In this document: piece by piece, positions 8,337-17,947 of the stretch | Layout: every line of letters begins with the position of its first letter | How positions within the stretch are numbered: the stretch's first letter is position 1 | Source: an uncultured bacterium | GTDB taxonomy: Bacteria; Oederibacteriota; Oederibacteriia; Oederibacteriales; Oederibacteriaceae | Reading direction: 5' to 3' | NCBI GenBank assembly: GCA_965112635.1 | Contig: OZ218778.1 | Coordinates: forward strand, 512,001 to 576,000 | Length of the DNA: 64,000 nt | Translations under genes and position numbers: made by a program | The notes under the pieces: generated by a model | The model's database searches: none | The model's input: only the letters and a program-made list of their open reading frames with translations | Told to the model about the DNA's origin: nothing

Positions 8337-10121
8337 TTATTCTACTACCTTGATATGCAGTTCCTTTAGTTGCTTCTCGGACACCTGGGAAGGAGCGCCC
8401 GTTAAAGGACAGGTGGCTTTTTGGGTCTTGGGGAAAGCGATCACTTCCCGGATATTTTTCTCGCCCAGCATGATCATAATGAGCCGGTCAACGCCAAAAG
8501 CCACTCCACCGTGCGGCGGAGCACCGAACTCAAAAGCTTCCAGTAAAAAACCAAAGCGTTCCCTGGCCTGCTCCCGGGTCAGGCCGATAGCCTCAAAGAC
8601 CTGTTCCTGGACCTTGGGGTCATGGATACGGATACTGCCCCCGCCCAGCTCAAAACCGTTCAAAACCAGATCATAGGCCCTGGCTTTGACTTTCCCAGGG
8701 TCGGTATTCAACAGGGGCAGGTCCTCGAACTTGGGAGAAGTGAACGGATGATGCACGGCGTCCCATTTTTTATCCTCCCCGTTCCATTGAAACATGGGAA
8801 AATCCGCTATCCAGACAAAATTGAGAAGCCCCTCCTTGATCAATCCCAATTTTTCACCCAGATACATCCGTATCCGGTTCAGGGCTTCTGCCACAACATC
8901 AGGCTGGTCCGCCACAAAAACGATCAGGTCCCCGGTCTTGGCCTCGGTCTTCTCCACGATCTTTTGGATGGCCTCGTTGCCCAAATACTTGGCGATGGGA
9001 GATTCTGGCCCCTCTGGTTTTACTTTTATCGAAGCCAGCCCTTTGGCCCCGAACTCCACCGCAATATCTTTGAGCTGGTCCACTTGGCCCGGCGTAAAGC
9101 CCGCCCCTCCTGGGATAGTGATGGCTTTGACTTGCCCCCCTTTTTGCACCGCATCTTTAAAGACTTTGAATTCCGTGACCGCGACGATCTCAGAAACGTC
9201 CTTGAGCTCCAGTCCAAACCGGGTGTCGGGTTTGTCGCTGCCAAAACGGCCCATGGCTTCGCTGTAACATAGCCGGGGAAAGGGTATCGGGATATCCAGA
9301 CCAAGGGTCTTTTTGAAAATATGCTTCATCATCCTCTCCGATACCGCGATGATGTCGTCCTCGGAAATAAAGGACATCTCCATATCAATCTGGGTGAATT
9401 CCGGCTGGCGGTCGGCCCGCAGATCCTCGTCGCGAAGGCACCGGGCGATCTGGAAATACTTATCCATTCCAGACACCATAAGGATCTGCTTCAAGGTTTG
9501 GGGGGATTGCGGCAGGACAAAAAATTCTCCCGGGTTCAAACGGCTCGGCACGATATAATCCCGGGCACCCTCCGGCGTGCTTTTCATGAGCAGGGGGGTC
9601 TCCACTTCCACGAAACCATCCTGGTCCAGGAACTCCCTGACCGCCAATAAAACCTGATGCCTGCGGATCAGGTTCCTTTGCATCCGGGGCCGGCGCAGAT
9701 CCAGGTAACGGTACTTCAGACGGGTTTCTTCGGACACTTCGCTGCCCACCGTGTCTTCAATGACAAATGGCGGGGTCTTGGCTTCGTTGATGATATCCAG
9801 ACCGGTGGCCTGGACTTCTATCTCGCCCGTGGCCAACCCGGCATTGGCGGTTCCTTTGGGCCTGACCTGCACTTTACCCTGGACCGAAATGACGAATTCA
9901 GACCTTAATTTCTGCGCTTTTTCATGGGTTTCCTTGGCGGTCTCGGGATTAAAAACGACTTGAGTAAGGCCGTAACGGTCCCTGATATCGATAAAAATAA
10001 GTCCGCCATGGTCCCTTCTCCGGTAGACCCACCCGGTCAGGACTATCTCCTGGCCCTGATGGCTGGACCTCAACTCACCGCAGGTATGCGTCCTTTTATG
10101 CCACTTCGGTTTGTCTGCCAA
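8337..10121 (-). CDS. aspS: Aspartate--tRNA ligase (probably non-discriminating Asp/Asn type)
   Basis: RTHTCGELR, RRRDHGG (the His is typical of ND-AspRS), LPQSPQ, RDEDLRADRQPEFTQID and GAPPHGG; TTG start with GGAGG. Confidence 0.97.
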   Translation of the reverse strand: MADKPKWHKRTHTCGELRSSHQGQEIVLTGWVYRRRDHGGLIFIDIRDRYGLTQVVFNPETAKETHEKAQKLRSEFVISVQGKVQVRPKGTANAGLATGEIEVQATGLDIINEAKTPPFVIEDTVGSEVSEETRLKYRYLDLRRPRMQRNLIRRHQVLLAVREFLDQDGFVEVETPLLMKSTPEGARDYIVPSRLNPGEFFVLPQSPQTLKQILMVSGMDKYFQIARCLRDEDLRADRQPEFTQIDMEMSFISEDDIIAVSERMMKHIFKKTLGLDIPIPFPRLCYSEAMGRFGSDKPDTRFGLELKDVSEIVAVTEFKVFKDAVQKGGQVKAITIPGGAGFTPGQVDQLKDIAVEFGAKGLASIKVKPEGPESPIAKYLGNEAIQKIVEKTEAKTGDLIVFVADQPDVVAEALNRIRMYLGEKLGLIKEGLLNFVWIADFPMFQWNGEDKKWDAVHHPFTSPKFEDLPLLNTDPGKVKARAYDLVLNGFELGGGSIRIHDPKVQEQVFEAIGLTREQARERFGFLLEAFEFGAPPHGGVAFGVDRLIMIMLGEKNIREVIAFPKTQKATCPLTGAPSQVSEKQLKELHIKVVE

Positions 10122-10289
10122 TCTATTACCTCCTCAAACCTAAAACAATCTTTCGGTCTATGGCGGCCTTGTCCTTTTATGGGAACAGGCAAAGTTCCAA
10201 AAAAAAAATCTTAATGAGAAACTGATTTTAGCGGATTTACACAGCCAATGAAACAGATTTTTTAGGAGGCACCTAAAATCCCAGAAAAG

Positions 10290-11246
10290 TCATTCCCCTG
10301 CCTCCAGATATTTTACCTGCTCCGGCGTCAAGACTACCTCACTGGCCTTGAGGCTATCCTGGAGTTGGGCCAAGCTATGGCAGCCGATGATCGGACAGGT
10401 TGCGAACGGCTGGGACAACAGGTAGCCCAGTACGACCTGCGTGATGGATGATCCGCTTTGCTCTGCCAATTTTTGGACCCTCTGGGACCGGCCTTCATTG
10501 GCTTGGTTGGAATATTTGCTGAGCCCCTGGGTCGAGATACCTGCTGCCATTTTCTGGAACCAACCGTTGGCCTGGGATGAATAAGGGATGGCCGCAAAAC
10601 CATTTTCCCGGTGATAGCGCTGCATAGCTTCATCCATCACGACCAGGGTCGGATCAGAGTTTCCGCCTGGATTGACCTTGGCCAAACTCCACATCGGCTG
10701 GTTAGCCACAAAACCGGGGCAGGCCGTTTTCTTGGCATAAACCTGGCTGGCCCTGATCCGCTCCAGGGTCCAGTTGGAACAGCCAAAATATCTTATCTTG
10801 CCGGCCCTGACCAATCCGCCCATGGTCCCGAGTATTTCCTCTACAGGCCGGCGGGTATCGTCGCGGTGCAGCCAGTAAAGGTCAATGCGGTCAACCCCGA
10901 GATGGAGCAGGCTGGCTTCTACATCGGATCGGATCTCTTGGCTGGACAATCGCGGAACATTCATGGCCTCCAGGTCCGGATGGGCCCCCTTGGTCCCCAC
11001 GACCACAGGACCGTGGCTTTTCCGCTCACGCAGCCACCGGCCGATGGTCTTTTCGCTCAAGCTCTTCTCGCCCGGTAACCAGTCCGCATAAATTTTGGCA
11101 GTGTCCAAAAAATTGCCGCCCTGGTCAACAAAAGCATCGAGCAATTTAAAAGAGGCCCTGAGGTCAAGGGTGCTGCCCAGCGAAAGTGTGCCCAGGCACA
11201 GGGAGGATACAGTAAGGTCGGTTCCAGGTAATACGAGTTTTCTCAT
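10290..11246 (-). CDS. Aldo/keto reductase
   Basis: LCLGT, GGNFLDTAKIY, SEKTIGRW, IDLYWLHRDD and GKIRYFGCSN. Confidence 0.93.
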   Translation of the reverse strand: MRKLVLPGTDLTVSSLCLGTLSLGSTLDLRASFKLLDAFVDQGGNFLDTAKIYADWLPGEKSLSEKTIGRWLRERKSHGPVVVGTKGAHPDLEAMNVPRLSSQEIRSDVEASLLHLGVDRIDLYWLHRDDTRRPVEEILGTMGGLVRAGKIRYFGCSNWTLERIRASQVYAKKTACPGFVANQPMWSLAKVNPGGNSDPTLVVMDEAMQRYHRENGFAAIPYSSQANGWFQKMAAGISTQGLSKYSNQANEGRSQRVQKLAEQSGSSITQVVLGYLLSQPFATCPIIGCHSLAQLQDSLKASEVVLTPEQVKYLEAGE

Positions 11247-11340
11247 GACATTAAGCCCCGTTAACTCTTCCGGCCTGCAAAAGCAGGTTCTCTTTAGGGT
11301 TGGTCATTTTGGGGTTTCCTTTCTGGCTGACCAGAAAAGA

Positions 11341-12567
11341 TCAGGACTGTTTTTTGAGTTCTTTGATTTCCAGGGGACCGCTCGGGGACTGGAATACGGT
11401 AAAACCGTGGAACCCCTGGCCCAAAAGTTCGTCCAGCTGCTGACGGGTATTTTTGCGCTTGGCCATCGCGCAGACATTATGTCCTTGGGCCCTCAGCTCT
11501 TGGCTGGCCTTCAGGACCTCTTCAAAATTTTGCTGGGGGTCATAGAGCAGGGCTATCTTTTGGGTGGCCTGGAGGGAAGCGGCTTTTTTCTCCGCCAGGA
11601 TGGCGATGATGCGCTCAAACCCGATGGAAAATCCACAGGCCGGCACTTCCTGTCCCAGGATATTCCCTATCATTTTGTCGTAACGCCCTCCACCCGCGAT
11701 GGAATTCCCTCTGGCGTCCTGGTCTTTGATCTCGAAGATAAGGCCGGTGTAATACCCCATACCTCTCACCAGGGACGGGTCGAACACGACTTGGTATTGT
11801 CCCTTGTTCTGCTTCTTGACCGCGTCGACGACCTTTTGGATGGCTGGGTTGGCCGGGGATTTTTCTAAAAAGGTAAGGAGGCCCTGCACCTGCTCAGGGG
11901 ACAGTCCCAAGCTCGCAAGCTCGGTTTTAACGCCCTCTGGACCTATCTTTTCCAGTTTGTCCGCGATGATATAAACGCTGCCGGCGGATTTCGGTTCGAC
12001 CCCGAACTTTTTAAGAAGTTCATTGATAAGGTTGCGGTCGCTCAAATGCACCGCAAAACCCTTAAACCCGAGGTTGAGCAGCGCCTCGCTGGTGGCCAGA
12101 ACCAGCTCTATCTCCGCGTTTATGCTCGGCTCCCCGATGATATCGATGTCGCACTGGGTGAATTGGCGGAACCGCCCTTTTTGGGGCCTTTCCGCGCGCC
12201 ACACCGGGCCCATCTGGATGGCTTTGAACGGCTTGGCCAAATGGCTTTGGTTGTTGGCGTAATAACGGGCCAGGGGCACGGTCAAGTCGAAGCGGAGCCC
12301 CATGTCGACCAGGTCCGTTTCCGTGAGCTCTTTGGCCCCGAGCTCCAGTTTTTCCCCGCGTTTCAAGATCTTGAAAATGAGCTTTTCATTTTCCCCGGCT
12401 TGGCTGTTCAGGAGCACTTCCAGGTTTTCCACGGCCGGCGTTTCGATGTGGCTGAACCCCCACTGGGTGAAGGTCCGCAGGATGACGGACAGGGCGTGGT
12501 CCCTGAGTTCCATCTCCTGGGGCAGGATGTCCCTCGTGCCCCGCGCTGGAAGCGGTTCGATTTTCAT
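11341..12567 (-). CDS. hisS: Histidine--tRNA ligase
   Basis: RGTRD, LRFDLTVP, RAERPQKGRFRQFTQCD, RGMGYYTG and GGGRYD. Confidence 0.96.
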   Translation of the reverse strand: MKIEPLPARGTRDILPQEMELRDHALSVILRTFTQWGFSHIETPAVENLEVLLNSQAGENEKLIFKILKRGEKLELGAKELTETDLVDMGLRFDLTVPLARYYANNQSHLAKPFKAIQMGPVWRAERPQKGRFRQFTQCDIDIIGEPSINAEIELVLATSEALLNLGFKGFAVHLSDRNLINELLKKFGVEPKSAGSVYIIADKLEKIGPEGVKTELASLGLSPEQVQGLLTFLEKSPANPAIQKVVDAVKKQNKGQYQVVFDPSLVRGMGYYTGLIFEIKDQDARGNSIAGGGRYDKMIGNILGQEVPACGFSIGFERIIAILAEKKAASLQATQKIALLYDPQQNFEEVLKASQELRAQGHNVCAMAKRKNTRQQLDELLGQGFHGFTVFQSPSGPLEIKELKKQS

Positions 12568-12591
12568 CCTAGGTCCTCCAATTTAAAAATA

Positions 12592-14871
12592 TTAGAATGC
12601 TTTCAGCAGTTCTTCTTTGCCGTTATGGATGGTCAGGAAAAGCACGGACCGTTTGGCCTCGCGTTCAGGGGTAAAAGCGGTCGTCCCGCAGATCCCTTTG
12701 AAATCCTGTTTTTTCTCCATGGCCAGCCTGACATCCTCACGCCCGGCCCCACCCAGTGATTCTAGCAGTATTTGCATCGCTTCATAGCCTTGGGCCGCCA
12801 TCCAGTCCGGCTGTTCGCCGTATTGCTTCTGAAAACTGGTCACAAAATTACGCGCGCTGGGGTCGGGGTTATCCAGATAAAAAGATACCGGATAAACGGC
12901 CCCTTCCACGCTTTCTTGCCCATGTAGGATGACCTGTTCGGAGTGCCACGACTCCGTCCCCAAAAGGGTTGCTTTGAGCTCATAAAACACCAGCTGGGGC
13001 GCAATGAGCACGATGTCCTTGGCCGAAACAGGAAGATAAATGGCCTCGATCTTCTTCGGATTGGCGATAAGGGGCATGTGCTTGCGCAACCCCTCGGAAT
13101 CCACGTAAATCCTTTCTTCATTATTCTGCAGGGACGGGACCTCGCTCAAGGGGGTCAAAGTGACGTTCTGGTCCGCCACTGCCGTGGGGGTCACACCGGG
13201 GCCGGGAGCCCCTCCCGCGGCCCATTTTTCCACTTCAAAATTAATGTCGAACTTGAAGTATTCCGTGTCGGCGGAGGTCGTGGCCCTCTGGGCGACGGCG
13301 CCCTTGATGATGTAGTCCGGCGGGCCCTGTTCAATGATCTTGGTCTTTTCCAGGACCACAAAATGGTTGTCCTTCTCCAGCGCCGTCCTGAGCTTGTCCC
13401 CGATGGTCTTGCCGTAATGGCTCTTGATTGCCTCGTCCCCTGTTTCCTGGATCTCCATCAGGGCCAGCTTGGGGGTTTGGGTGACGGCCAGGGGCAAAGC
13501 GGTCTCGCTCAAGCCCATGGCAGCGCTGGCCGTGGGAGTGACCCAGACATAGGCCGGGAGGAAACTGAACAGCCCTTCCGCAATCTTATCCACCTTGGCC
13601 TTGAGGTCGTTCTTCTCTTCTTCCTGGGCATCCTTGAGGATGCGCGGGTCGGCCCCGCCTAGGGCCAGGAGCTGTGTTTTGAAATCGGTCTGGTTGAGCT
13701 CGTAGTATTGGCTGTCCACCATTTCCCCTCCCAGCTCTTGCACCCTGCTGGAAAAAGCCTTGAAGAGGTTGACCCCGTAGGGCGAGTTGGGATAAAGGAT
13801 GGCGAACCGTTTTAATTTTTTCTCGTTGACGGCGAATTCGGCGGTGGCTCTGGCCTGCCTTTCCGGGATCAGGGCATTGCGGAAGATATAGGGCCCCGTG
13901 GCGGTCAGGCCTTCCTGGGCCGCGCTGGGAGTGATCAAAGGCACTTTGTTGTCGTTGGCCACAGGAGCTACGGCCTGCAGGGTATTGCTCAAAAGGGGCC
14001 CGATGAGGGCTACGACCTTTTCCTGCTGGATGAGGTCCAAAGCCTGTTTGGGCGCTTCCTGCGGGTCTTCCTGGCTGTCGCGGCTGACCAAAAGGACCTG
14101 GTTTGGGGCGGGCAGCTTTTCATTGTAATCTTGCAGGGCCATTTCCACGCCCTTTTTGACCTTCTCGCCATAACCTGTGTATTGACCGCTCAAGGGGAGT
14201 AAAAATCCTATTTTATTCTGGATCACCGTGACTTTACCCTGGGTCTCGTCCAAAACTTTTTGCACCTCGCTGGTGAACTCGGAAGTAGGCCACTGGACAA
14301 AGAACCGGTGGGCTAAATTGCTAGCCTGGTCAAAGTTCTTTTCCTGGTCAGCCAGTTGAATAAGCCGGTAGGTGCAGTCTTCAGCCAAAGATCCCCCGCC
14401 GTCTTCCTGGGCCAGGACGGCGCTCAACTCCTCTTTTTTCAGGTCATTCAGGACGATCTGCCTGGCCCTGGCGTCGGCCAAAGGCGACAGCTCGCCTATT
14501 TTGATTTCCGCGGCTTTCTGGTAGGCTCGCGCGGCGTTGAGGTTGTCGGTCTGGCTGTCATAGGTCTGTCCCATCACAAAATAGGCGTTGGACCGCCACG
14601 GGCTGGAGGTATATTGACCTGGCACCTTTTGAAGTTCCTTGAGGGCCATGTCATATTTCCCTGCTTCGTAATAGATGTGCCCCAGCCGGAACTGGGCCCG
14701 GGCCGCTTCTTCGCTGCCGGGGTTGGTGTTGACGATCTCCTGTTCCCTGGATAGGGCCTGCTCCTGTTCTTTTTTCAGGCCGGTCCCCAGCCCTCCGCAA
14801 CCCTGCCACAGGACCAGGGCAATAACACCCGCAAAGAGCAGGTAAAATTGGCGACTTTTAAATCTGATAAT
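12592..14871 (-). CDS. LpoA/LppC-like lipoprotein (TPR plus type I periplasmic-binding fold) with an inserted domain
   Basis: IGFLLPLSGQY, ALIGPLLS, LIAPQLVFY and AAQGYEA. The frame stays open upstream of the tracked ATG 14649 to an ATT at 14871, adding a signal peptide with lipobox (VLWQGC) behind AGAGGA. Confidence 0.8.
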   Translation of the reverse strand: MIRFKSRQFYLLFAGVIALVLWQGCGGLGTGLKKEQEQALSREQEIVNTNPGSEEAARAQFRLGHIYYEAGKYDMALKELQKVPGQYTSSPWRSNAYFVMGQTYDSQTDNLNAARAYQKAAEIKIGELSPLADARARQIVLNDLKKEELSAVLAQEDGGGSLAEDCTYRLIQLADQEKNFDQASNLAHRFFVQWPTSEFTSEVQKVLDETQGKVTVIQNKIGFLLPLSGQYTGYGEKVKKGVEMALQDYNEKLPAPNQVLLVSRDSQEDPQEAPKQALDLIQQEKVVALIGPLLSNTLQAVAPVANDNKVPLITPSAAQEGLTATGPYIFRNALIPERQARATAEFAVNEKKLKRFAILYPNSPYGVNLFKAFSSRVQELGGEMVDSQYYELNQTDFKTQLLALGGADPRILKDAQEEEKNDLKAKVDKIAEGLFSFLPAYVWVTPTASAAMGLSETALPLAVTQTPKLALMEIQETGDEAIKSHYGKTIGDKLRTALEKDNHFVVLEKTKIIEQGPPDYIIKGAVAQRATTSADTEYFKFDINFEVEKWAAGGAPGPGVTPTAVADQNVTLTPLSEVPSLQNNEERIYVDSEGLRKHMPLIANPKKIEAIYLPVSAKDIVLIAPQLVFYELKATLLGTESWHSEQVILHGQESVEGAVYPVSFYLDNPDPSARNFVTSFQKQYGEQPDWMAAQGYEAMQILLESLGGAGREDVRLAMEKKQDFKGICGTTAFTPEREAKRSVLFLTIHNGKEELLKAF

Positions 14872-14885
14872 GGTGTTCCTCTTTC

Positions 14886-15989
14886 TTAACTTTTCAGTTG
14901 GGTCTTGAGCCCTGCGGCCAAAGGCGCCGGCCGAACGCAGGTACTTTTGAGTTTCACATACTTATCTTGCCGCGAGGCGTCATGGAACGCGTGCATGATG
15001 TCCAGCACATGATAAGCCAAAGCACCACTGGCCCGGTGGGCCCTGCCGGATACAAGGGCGTAGGCCATATCTGCCACGCCCAACCCCCGGCTGTTCTGGC
15101 TGTAACTGTGGGTCAAAGGTATTTCTCTCCAATCTTTCCCAGGCTGGTTCAGCCTGACCGTCCCGCCGAAACCATTGGGGTCAGGCACGCTCAAAGACCC
15201 CTTGGAACCATAAATTTCAATACAGGGCAGATTGGCGCCCCAGATGTCAAAACTGGTAATGATGGTAGCCACCGCGCCATTGGCAAAATCCATGACCCCG
15301 GCAATATGCGTCGGTGTCTGCACTTTGATCTTCTTGCCGTATTTGGGTTTGCTCGTGATCAGGCGTTCCTTGAAACTGATCTTGGCCGAGCCTGACACTC
15401 TCTTGACCGGTCCCAGCATGCTGACCAGTGCTGTAAGGTAATAGGGCCCCATGTCGAACATCGGCCCGCCTCCCAACTCGTAGTAGAACTCCGGGCTGGG
15501 ATGCCAGCTTTCATGGCCGTGGCACATCATAAAAGCCGTGGCCGCGACCGGGGTCCCAATTGCACCGTCATCGATCAGCTTGCGGCAGGTCTGCAATCCT
15601 CCGCCCAGAAAAGTATCCGGCGCGCATCCCACCAAAACTCCTTTGGATTTGGCCAATTGCAGCAGCTTTTGCCCGTCTTCCCTCCTGATGGTCAGGGGTT
15701 TTTCGTTGTAAACACTCTTTCCGGCTTTGACGCTGGCCAGGGCTATGTCCGCGTGGGCTTTGGGAATAGTAAGGTTCACGATAATACCGATTTCCGGGTC
15801 TGCCAAAAGTTCCTTGACCGTGCAGGCTTTGGGGAGCTGGTACTGCTCTGCCTTGACTTTGGCCCGTTCCAGCAACAGGTCTGAGCTGGCCGCCACCTCC
15901 AGGATGGGATGGGTTTTCATGTTCTTGAAATATATATCGCTGATATTGCCGCAACCAATGACCCCGACTTTAATTTTTTTCCCTTTCAT
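14886..15989 (-). CDS. Gfo/Idh/MocA family oxidoreductase
   Basis: [25 protein letters not shown] and [12 protein letters not shown]. Confidence 0.93.
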   Translation of the reverse strand: MKGKKIKVGVIGCGNISDIYFKNMKTHPILEVAASSDLLLERAKVKAEQYQLPKACTVKELLADPEIGIIVNLTIPKAHADIALASVKAGKSVYNEKPLTIRREDGQKLLQLAKSKGVLVGCAPDTFLGGGLQTCRKLIDDGAIGTPVAATAFMMCHGHESWHPSPEFYYELGGGPMFDMGPYYLTALVSMLGPVKRVSGSAKISFKERLITSKPKYGKKIKVQTPTHIAGVMDFANGAVATIITSFDIWGANLPCIEIYGSKGSLSVPDPNGFGGTVRLNQPGKDWREIPLTHSYSQNSRGLGVADMAYALVSGRAHRASGALAYHVLDIMHAFHDASRQDKYVKLKSTCVRPAPLAAGLKTQLKS

Positions 15990-16008
15990 TTATTCCTCCT
16001 CTTTTTTT

Positions 16009-16653
16009 CTATCTGGAAGCCCAGAGCATGCCGCGCTCCAGGATCAGTCTGGCTTCAGGAACGTCAAAATCCCTGCGCACATGGCCCAGGGAGCTGTAAA
16101 ACACCCGGGTTTTGAAATATTTCCTTTTCCAGACCACCGGCATGATACAGCCTTTGATCTGGGGAAAAAAAGCATCGCTAAAGGTTGTAGTGGCCAGCAC
16201 TTCATTGCTGGGGTCCACATGCATATAATACTGTTCGCTTTTCATTTTGAATTCTTTGATCCCCTGCATGATGGGGTCCTGGGGTTTGGCCACCTGGACC
16301 GTATAGTCGATGACGCCTCCGGGGTGCGCCACCCACTGCCCGCCGATCATGAACTGGTAATCCACGTTGTTCCTGAAAGAATCCCCGGTTCCTCCGTGCC
16401 AGCCCGCGAGCCCGGTCCCGTTCTTGACCGCCTCCAAAAGCCCCTGTTCCTGCTCCCGGGTGATCTCGCCCATGGTCCAGCAGGGCACGATCAGGTCATA
16501 GGATTTCATCTTATCTTTATCCAAATAGGCATCCAAAGTGTCAGAAACCGTGACTTGATATCCCTGTCCCTGCAGGTACGGAGCGAAAAGATCCACGCAC
16601 TGCTTAGGTTCATGCCCATCCCATCCTCCCCAAACCATCAAAGCTGATTTCAT
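16009..16653 (-). CDS. ThuA-like (class I glutamine amidotransferase fold) protein
   Basis: [33 protein letters not shown] and FYSSLGH. Confidence 0.9.
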   Translation of the reverse strand: MKSALMVWGGWDGHEPKQCVDLFAPYLQGQGYQVTVSDTLDAYLDKDKMKSYDLIVPCWTMGEITREQEQGLLEAVKNGTGLAGWHGGTGDSFRNNVDYQFMIGGQWVAHPGGVIDYTVQVAKPQDPIMQGIKEFKMKSEQYYMHVDPSNEVLATTTFSDAFFPQIKGCIMPVVWKRKYFKTRVFYSSLGHVRRDFDVPEARLILERGMLWASR

Positions 16654-16740
16654 AAAACCCCCTGTCTTTAATTTTTTTTAAAAATGCGTTTCCTCTCAGG
16701 GGGTTTTATGTCCGACAGCATGTTGGACAGTCCCCCCTGT
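16651..16740 (-). promoter_or_regulatory. Structured leader: anti-SD inverted repeat with an alternative pairing
   Basis: A perfect 14-bp inverted repeat (16651-16664 / 16697-16710) covers the RBS and ATG; a third CAGGGGG copy lies at 16733-16739 and an inner hairpin at 16709-16729. Confidence 0.55.
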
Positions 16741-16746
16741 ATTTCT

Positions 16747-17922
16747 TTATAGATTTTTTGCTGAAACATAATCTTCGGATTTTTTAGGGACTTCCGACAA
16801 GCTCATGATATCGACCAGTTTATATTTGCTCGTGCCCAGGCCCAGTCTTTCGCCTTCCTTGACCACAAAGTAAGGGTCTTTCAAAGGTCCGTGAATGACC
16901 TGGAAAGGATGCAGCCCCGGCCGGATGGTCAGAGGCATGCAGCTGGGTATATTTTGTCTGATCACTTCTTGACCCGCGATCTTGTCCAAAGTGGCCTTTT
17001 CTACGGCCACAATATCATTGCCGGCAAAGATCCCTACATCATTAAGCACGGGAAGGCTGGTAAAACCAAAACAATCGCACATCGGGGTCATATAAGTGGC
17101 GAAGTCTATAAATACCCTGTTCTGTTTGGGGAAAAAGGACAGGACGTTTTTCACGGACAGGGCGCAGGCGGTTTGAAAAGACAAAAAATTGGATGGTTGT
17201 ATTTTTAAGGAACCTTCCGGAGCGACATTCAGGCATCTCATGCATTGGATGCACTGCTCAGTATGGAGATGGATGCCTTGGAAATCCTTCTCATCTTGGA
17301 CCAGGGCGTCCAGGGGGCAGGATTTGATGATTTTTTTGCGCAGAGCCTTGCTCCGGCACTTGTTCTTGAACCAGTACCGGTCTACCTGGCAGGTATCATG
17401 GATCTGGCTCCTGGTCTTCCAGGTCATGCCGCCCAGGGCCAGGTTCTTAAAAACGCCTCCAAATCCGCAAGCCGGATGGCCTTTGACGTGCGCCACGTCA
17501 ATGAGAAAATCAGCGTCGGCCAAATTGCCCGCGACCTGCCACTCTTTGACGTTTTTGTATTTGAGTTTAACGGTTCTAAAATGCTTTTCCTCGGGTCCCG
17601 CGGCCGGCAATAGATTGCAACCCAGGGTCTCATGGGTATATCCCCGCTCGTGGGCGGATTGGACCGCGCCGGGCGTGTCGGTCACAAAAGGGTTGCCTTT
17701 GCCTTTTTTGACCGCCTCGACGATCTTCCGGATGAACAAAGGATGGATGGTGGAATAGCCGATGCCTCCTCCCAGATGCATTTTGATGGCCACGGTCTTA
17801 TCCTTGACCCGGTGTTCCAGCCTTAAATGGGCCAGGATGCGGTCCAGTTTGGCCGGCAGGGTCTCGGCATGGTCATTCTTTTCCTGGTGCGCTGAACCGA
17901 AATAGACTATTTCTTGCATCAT
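16747..17922 (-). CDS. DUF362 family Fe-S protein
   Basis: VAIKMHLG, PFVTDT, HVKGHPACGFGGVFKNLALG, CIQCMRC, PMCDC and DIVAVEKA. Confidence 0.88.
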   Translation of the reverse strand: MMQEIVYFGSAHQEKNDHAETLPAKLDRILAHLRLEHRVKDKTVAIKMHLGGGIGYSTIHPLFIRKIVEAVKKGKGNPFVTDTPGAVQSAHERGYTHETLGCNLLPAAGPEEKHFRTVKLKYKNVKEWQVAGNLADADFLIDVAHVKGHPACGFGGVFKNLALGGMTWKTRSQIHDTCQVDRYWFKNKCRSKALRKKIIKSCPLDALVQDEKDFQGIHLHTEQCIQCMRCLNVAPEGSLKIQPSNFLSFQTACALSVKNVLSFFPKQNRVFIDFATYMTPMCDCFGFTSLPVLNDVGIFAGNDIVAVEKATLDKIAGQEVIRQNIPSCMPLTIRPGLHPFQVIHGPLKDPYFVVKEGERLGLGTSKYKLVDIMSLSEVPKKSEDYVSAKNL

Positions 17923-17947
17923 TGCCTCCCTTGAAGATCAAAGTAAT

